Source: Penicillus capitatus (lineage: Eukaryota > Plantae > Chlorophyta). From it: 64,000 nucleotides of DNA. The notes under the pieces were generated by a model that made no database searches, was not told where the DNA came from, and saw nothing but the letters and a program-made list of their open reading frames with translations. Where the stretch lies: contig OZ287698.1 in assembly GCA_965649825.1 (NCBI GenBank), positions 139,949-203,948 on the forward strand, in the 5' to 3' direction. The first letter of the stretch is position 1. The number at the start of each line of letters is the position of its first letter. The position numbers and the translations under genes are program-made. Positions 57,738 to 64,000 of this stretch are shown in pieces.

Positions 57738-59270
57738 ATGGTTTCGGAGCTCAAGTTTTTGACAACCGAGCGACATGAAGTTGAGACGGCGATAAACGCG
57801 GCGTCTATGGTCGCCGACGGCTATCGGACGAGGGTCGGAAAACTGATGGAAAAAGTCGAAGTGGGCTCCCCCCTTTTCGAGCTTATGCGTCAGGTTACCG
57901 AACGAACCGAGCCCCATTTTGCAGACAAAGACGCCTTTAATGCGGCGTTTGTGGGGAGAGCAGCAGCTATCTCCAACTGTTTTCCTGCGAACAAAATGGT
58001 AGTCAGTGACGACGACAAGTGGCACGTTTTCAAGAGGACTCTGTTGGGCATGTGTTCGAACGCTGGAACGACTTCTGGGGAGCGTCTCGCAGGAGCGGCT
58101 AAGAAAAAATCAGAGACATGGCTTCAATTCGCGGAAAGGTTTGGCGTGTTAGCGGCTCAGTCGGGATTGGCAAGAGAGATGCAAATCAAGATTCTCTATG
58201 GAAAGCTGCCTGGTCACCTAAAGAGAGCGGTGTCAAGTTTGCCGACGACAACGACGATGAACGAAATGATCTTAATGATCAGAAACGTTACATTTTGGAC
58301 TGGATCATCGTCTGCGGCTGAGGTGGACAGAGACGCGATGGACGTTGACATGGTAGACATGTGCGACGGTATTGGATGCGCGGTGCATAAGGTCGATAAC
58401 TTTGGAAGAGGAGGTTTGTCTCTAAGAGAGCTTTGCGATGCGATGAGAAGTGAGCTCACAAGGAATCCTCGTTTTGCGGGGATCGCTGAAGACATCTTGG
58501 GTCAATGGCGACAGAGAGGTCCGCAAGGACAATATTCGAACAACCGTGGACCAAGGAGAACCGGGCCAAGAAGACCGGCCGGGAATAGACAATTCCAAGG
58601 GAACTGCTACCAGTGCGGTGAGTATGGTCATTCTGCCAGATTCTGTAGGCAGCGCTCACACCAAATCCGAGAGGCCCAACCTGTGCACACCCATAACCAA
58701 TTTGCACCACTCGCATCTTTGGAAGAGGAAGATGAGAGGGAAGAAGGAGGGTCGGTATTGTCGCTGAGCGTTAGTCAAGGAAAGAAACCGTCGCCTCGTA
58801 AGGAAGAAGGCAAGGGCAAGAATGGAGGACAGGTCAAGTACATTGACTACCCCCGCGTAGATCAATCGTCCTCGAGTCGTCCACAGAAGGGAAAGGCATC
58901 ACTAAAAGTGGTGACATACCTTGCCAATCGGCCAGAAAAGGAAAGCGCCTTGGTCGACACAGGAGCAGAAGTGTCTCTTCTCCCGCTCACGTATTGTCAA
59001 CGATGGGGGATAAAGGTGAAAAGAGTGGAAAATACACACCTTCGTGGTTTCAACAATTCGACTAGCCAAGTGACGGGTGAAGTAGTTTTGCCTATTCGTA
59101 TTGGGGGGTGGAATCAAGCTATTCCATTTTATGTGACCGATGCCACAAATAAGGTCATTCTGGGATACTCTGCTTTGAAAACTTTTGGAATCTCCGTGGA
59201 TTGCTCTCATGACTGTTTGGTTGGAGGAGATGGACACGTGGTCTTCTGCCACTCCGTCTCGTCAAACTAG
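57738..59270 (+). CDS. gag: Gypsy B gag-protease ORF
   Basis: CCHC knuckle and DTG protease motif, near-identical to copy A. Confidence 0.92.
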   Translation: MVSELKFLTTERHEVETAINAASMVADGYRTRVGKLMEKVEVGSPLFELMRQVTERTEPHFADKDAFNAAFVGRAAAISNCFPANKMVVSDDDKWHVFKRTLLGMCSNAGTTSGERLAGAAKKKSETWLQFAERFGVLAAQSGLAREMQIKILYGKLPGHLKRAVSSLPTTTTMNEMILMIRNVTFWTGSSSAAEVDRDAMDVDMVDMCDGIGCAVHKVDNFGRGGLSLRELCDAMRSELTRNPRFAGIAEDILGQWRQRGPQGQYSNNRGPRRTGPRRPAGNRQFQGNCYQCGEYGHSARFCRQRSHQIREAQPVHTHNQFAPLASLEEEDEREEGGSVLSLSVSQGKKPSPRKEEGKGKNGGQVKYIDYPRVDQSSSSRPQKGKASLKVVTYLANRPEKESALVDTGAEVSLLPLTYCQRWGIKVKRVENTHLRGFNNSTSQVTGEVVLPIRIGGWNQAIPFYVTDATNKVILGYSALKTFGISVDCSHDCLVGGDGHVVFCHSVSSN

Positions 59271-59299
59271 CTCCGCCAGGTCAAGGCGCTTCGCCTGGC

Positions 59300-62231
59300 G
59301 TGACGCTACGGGTTGACAGGAAACTCATATCTGGGTCGGAACCAAGTATTTCAAAAACATCTTTTGTTCTCAAATTAGGGAAGACGGTTTTTCTCGCTCC
59401 TTTTGAAAGCAGTTTAGTAGTGTTACCCGTGAGTGTGCATGGGGAAGGTTTGACGGGTCTCTTTTCTTGTTGTTTTCTTCGAGAAGTATCGGCCACTCCC
59501 ATTCTTGGAAAAAACGGTCGGGTGTCGGTTCGATTGCACAATTTCTCTGATCGTCTTACCACTTTATCGCCGAAACTTAAAGTTGTCCGTGGGAATTTTT
59601 CTGGATCTGGAAGGATTTTGAACGACCCCCAATTAGTAACACACGTTAGTAACACCCACCCAAACTCATCTGAGCGCCCAGATGATTGTTCGGGATCGGA
59701 ACAACTCTCCCTTTCTGATTGGCAATCTCGTTTTCCGTTTTTGTTTGCTGATAATATATCCGCTTATGCTACCTCGTCCACGCTCAAGGCTCTCGTGGTC
59801 CGAGCTGATGATTTGGTTTGGAAGTCTCCTATACCTTTTTCCGATTTCGGCTCTCCGCCCTGTTTTACGGACTGCCCTTTCGATGCGGCACAAGCGGAAA
59901 TAAGGTCTTTACTTTCTCGTGGAATTATTCAAGAAGTGCCTCGTTTTGACAGAGGTTATTTTTCTCCTGTGGTTTTTCTACGCAAACCGGATGGTCGAGT
60001 ACGAGTCGTGGTGAATTTTCAAAAGCTCAACAAATATTCTGAAGTGTGGAACTCTTATACGCCGGACACCCGAAATGCGGTCAGAGCGGTGGACCCTTCC
60101 TGGCGTATGTTTACTGTCTTGGATCTCCGTGACGGGTATTTTCATATACCCGTTGACGCTTCTCTGAGTCGTCTGTTTTGTTTCTCTTGTTTTGGTCGCC
60201 GTTACCGCTTTGTGACACTCCCTCAAGGTTGGGCATCGAGCGTCGGTTTTTTCAATGATAGGGTACGCCGCATTTTAGGCCACCTTCCGGCCACGGCTTA
60301 TTTTGATGATATCATTGTTGGTGGTCACGATCGTAAGTCGCACGATCGTAACTTGGAGGCAGTTTTGGCGGCACTTCAGTCGGCAGGAATGCATGTGAAC
60401 CCCAAAAAGGTACAATTCTGCAGACCCACGGTCAGTTTTTTGGGGTTTTCGCTTTCCGGGGATGCATTTCATCAACGTAACTACATCTCTAAACAACTAA
60501 GTCAGTTGCCCCTGGTTCGTTCAAAGAAGGATTTGCAACGCATTCTTGGAATTTTTACTGCTTGTCGAGGTACTTGTCCTGGTTTGGGTCTGGCAATAGC
60601 GCCCCTTTACTCGTTTTTACAAAATTCGGTCCGGAAGATTGATTGGCCTTCAGTGCAAAACCAAGTTCGGGCTGTTGCCGCTCACTTACTGAGGAACTCG
60701 TTATCTTTTCTGCGTTGTGTGGCGTCACCTGTTTTTCACATTGAAGTCGATTGGTCGGGAGCTGGGGCTGGATATCTCCTTTATGCCGGCCATAGATCGG
60801 AACGTCGTATTATTGCAACCAATTCTCGTGCTATACGTGGTTTCCCAGTTAGCTCTTTTTTAGGGGAATTAGATGCGATCGTCTGGTGTTTGCAAGATAC
60901 GCTCCCACTTACTGTTGGCTGTCCGGTTCATGTTTATACGGACTCTTTGAGTGCCCTACAAAGGCTACGAGCTCACGATGTTTGGCACAAATCGCGCACT
61001 GACCTCAGAATTGGCAGACGCCTTGGTTGGTTGTGGGAGAATTTTTCCGCTTGATACTCGTTTGTTTTTACATTTCTTACCCTCTTCGGACAACTTTCTA
61101 GCCGATTGTCTATCACGATGGCCGACGTTAGCGCAACGGAAGGAAGTTGACCTGAATGCAATAAGGGGAGGAGATCAATACAATGAACGTTTAAGGAGAA
61201 TTTCAAAAGCACACGAAGGTCATTGGGGAACGAGGAAAACGATCTTGAACCTGAAGAGGGATGGTGGACCTTGTTGGAAAGGCATGGAGAGTGAAGTTCG
61301 TAATTTTGTCGAGAATTGTCGGAAATGTCAAATGTGGGGGCCTCCGCAACATAGAACAAGTTTGGGGGCGACACCAGTATCCAAAGTCGGGGAGGCTGTC
61401 GGAATAGATTTCGCCGGACCCCTACCAAGAGGGGATTTGGAAGGACCGAGATTCATCGTGCTCATGGTAGATTACCTTTCTCGGTGGATCGAGGCATGGT
61501 CCTGTGAGAGCCCTAGCAGTGAAGCGGCCATAAGGGCGTTGAATAAATGGAAACAAAGAAACGGTAGAATCGAAATGCTTGTTTCTGACAACGCACAGAC
61601 ATGGAATTCCAAGAGCGTAAAAAAATGGTGTGAGGAGAATGGAGTGAAGCAACGGCTGACGGCAAGCTACATGCCAAAATCAAATGGTATGTGTGAGAGA
61701 CAGATCGGAGTACTGAAGGGAAGATTAAAAAGAATGTGTGAGACGCCTGAGGACTGGTCGAAGATTCTATCGAGAGCTGTCAGAGTCATAAATAATTCAG
61801 TGAACGAGACAACATTACACAGCGCCGCAGAGCTTAAGATGGGGTTGTCAAGAGACGGAAAGAGAGTTTCTCGAAGTGTACAAGAACAATGGATTTCCGA
61901 AGCACAAGAAAGGACAAAGAAACAACAGTGGCAGTCGAATGAGACACGAAGGAGAAAATATGGAAACCGTAAAATCATCAGGATTGGTGATCATGTGTTA
62001 AGGCCAAGATCTAGATCAGATACAGCTACATTAACCCCACCATGGGATGAAGAACCATGTGTAGTGGTAGATGCCATTGGCAATCACATGTGGCTGGTAG
62101 AGGGACTCCTATTTGGAACCGTTTCAAGAGTGCATGACGATCAACTAAGACACATCCCGCGTCAGACCACAGCGCAGCTGGAAGCGTGTCGAGATGGGAT
62201 GATGAAGGCAAGTAATGAAGATCATTTCTGA
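59300..62231 (+). pseudogene. pol: Gypsy B pol, frameshifted by one extra T near 61045
   Basis: GAGAATTTTTCCG (5 T) versus 4 T in copy A splits the ORF late in RNase H; could be a homopolymer sequencing error. Confidence 0.8.
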
Positions 62232-62559
62232 ACATCGTCCCGTGCTCAGCACGGTGGTAACATCACATCATGCGTATAAGTAAAAAGAGATTCGATTAGA
62301 TTTGTAACTTCTGCGCACGAACTTTCTTTTAAGAACTTTACTGCGTCTTCTGAAGCAACGTTTAACATAAGACATCATCGATCGAGACGATCGTTGATTC
62401 GCACGACAGATGCACTTTCTGGAACCGATGGATTTGAGGATGTCGTCTCAGTGAAAACCGAATCGATTGACTCTGTACCATACGAAGCCACGTCAAATGC
62501 AGTAAAGTCTTTACGTTCTTAACGGAATATTGGTTCACTGACAAGGACAGTGATGGACC

Positions 62560-62827
62560 TGTCGGCAAGATTGCGATGTGCTGATGCGACTGTCTTGTGG
62601 AAGAGGGGGGCACTGTGTTCTGGGACACTCGGGGTCTTGTCATTTGGGGTTTTGGGCCGAGAAGGGGCCTTTTTTATGGTTCCGGGGCAGTGCTGAGACA
62701 CTTGCCTAGGCAGGTCGCATCACAACGAGGGTATTTAAGGGACAGTCCGCACCTGTTACCACCTTGCTCCAAACAGTTTGTAAAGTCTTCCGCTGTGGTA
62801 ATCTTTCGTCCGGCCCGATCGCCGACA
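62560..62827 (+). mobile_element. 268-bp solo LTR related to the 2396-element LTR
   Basis: TGTCGGC...GCCGACA termini, TSD GGACC (62555-62559, 62828-62832), shared AAGTCTTCCGCTGT...ATCTTTCGTCCG block and TATTTAA box. Confidence 0.9.
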
Positions 62828-63529
62828 GGACCATCAACGGAAAAGTATTGTCTCGACAAATGCTTCAATTGCCGCGAAAGTATTGCCACAAGTTTGTCCG
62901 GGACACTTTTTCCTGGTCACTAAACGATACAATCTTTTTTGTGAAGAGAGCCTCGGGTTCGTCGAGGCAGAGGATGTGTACTTCGGACGGGGAAAATGTC
63001 CGCGGCAATACGAACAGTCTTAAAGGTGGAGCCCTCGGCTTCGATGTCTAGTTACTATTGCCACGCAGCTTCCTGTACGACTCGATTTTTGTTGAAAACA
63101 CGACGGATACGCTCTTCGTCCACTACCAATCATGCTTAGTAGCGTTAGTGAATCCTTTAACGCGTCTTCTGACACAGGGTGTGACTGGGGTTTGCCGAGA
63201 TCTGGCAGAAAAAACGGTCATCACTGAGTAATGTTACTTACTTTTTGCAGCATATCAATGTCCGACTTCGATGCCATGCATTGCGGAAGATACCTGATGA
63301 TCGGAACTAACCGGGATTGCTGCAAAGGAAAGACTGTTTGTTGCGTTATAGTCCATGAATGATCTGTGACTGTGTCAAGAATACTTCAGTTTCCGCCTTA
63401 GGCTATCTGGCGAGAGGTCGCTGAATCGCGCAAACCGTTCGCGTGGCGCCACGCCAGCAGACAATCTAGTGACTGAGCCTTTGACGTGAAGAAGATTAGA
63501 GGCTTACGTAATGGCGTGACGTTCCATGG

Positions 63530-63656
63530 TCCGAGATGTTTAACGTGAGAACTGTTCTGTTGTTTCGTCTAGCTATGTAGCTACGCATTACCGACGGGGT
63601 CTCCCAGCGCGACTCGCCATCCAGTCCGGACTCGCCGTCAGGTCGACGCTCACAGA
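63530..63656. repeat. Inverted homologue of 14101-14227
   Basis: Reverse complement aligns block-wise with 14101-14227. Confidence 0.7.
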
Positions 63657-64000
63657 TGGCATGACGACGAGAACGAGGTGTTTAAAACAGGGCAGAGTGC
63701 AACAAAGGACATTTTTGCATTGTTTGTCTTCGATCCGCGCTTTTTTTCGAAAAGTCGCTTACAACGAACAGAAAGAGTCCAACCACAAAAGATCGATAAA
63801 TCAGACCTGGTTTTACACAAATGGGACCAGTGAAGGCGGAACTTGTGTTGTGATAGTGTGTGCAGACTCTAAAGCGAAATCTCGAAACGATTCGATCCAA
63901 ACCGTTCGTCAGACTGGGACGGCCAAGCAAGACTCTACCATCTGTTGTCGGACAGATCGGCGCTTCAGAGGTTTTCGGTCACGATAAAATATGATCGTCG

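Larger units (their letters stand above)
57558..62367 (+). mobile_element. Full-length Ty3/Gypsy LTR retrotransposon, copy B
   Basis: 181-bp LTRs at 57558-57738 and 62187-62367 differing at one base, TSD TAAGA, PBS at 57739-57750; near-identical to copy A. Confidence 0.97.

Noticed and set aside
57639-58025. Antisense and LTR-spanning ORFs repeated in both Gypsy copies
   Set aside because: They recur only because the elements are near-identical; no independent coding evidence.
61040-61054. Programmed frameshift in Gypsy B RNase H
   Set aside because: Copy A is intact with one fewer T; a homopolymer indel or sequencing error is simpler.

Overview
Nuclear DNA of a flagellated green alga, inferred from a plant-type U2 snRNA, IFT57, plastid-targeted ARC6/FKBP18/Ycf45-like genes and many ~50-nt GT-AG introns; all three stop codons end host genes, so the code is standard. 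The window has two regimes. About 1-39 kb is a duplication and retroelement mosaic: two copies of a 5'-truncated LINE, an ORF1-only non-LTR element with its own TSD, a pol-less CCHC-ORF LTR element, solo LTRs, two Cys-rich membrane-protein paralogues, IFT57 plus two 3' fragments, and a nearly intronless NACHT gene with 13.7 near-identical 37-aa HEAT repeats plus a one-repeat remnant paralogue. About 39-57.5 kb is a compact core of conserved genes (TBC1D15-like, FKBP18, DDX54, eRF1, alpha/beta hydrolase, HYPK, U2, Mpv17, ARC6) bracketed by two near-identical Ty3/Gypsy elements in inverted orientation. Strongest leads: the HEAT-repeat NLR-like receptor, the ORF1-only LINE parasite sharing a 3' hairpin tail with the RT-bearing LINE, tRNAiMet-like sense sequence where the polypurine tract should be in two LTR families, and an eRF1 with TASNIKS changed to AASNIKN. 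Gene ends marked approximate were inferred by eye across introns; no database searches were run.
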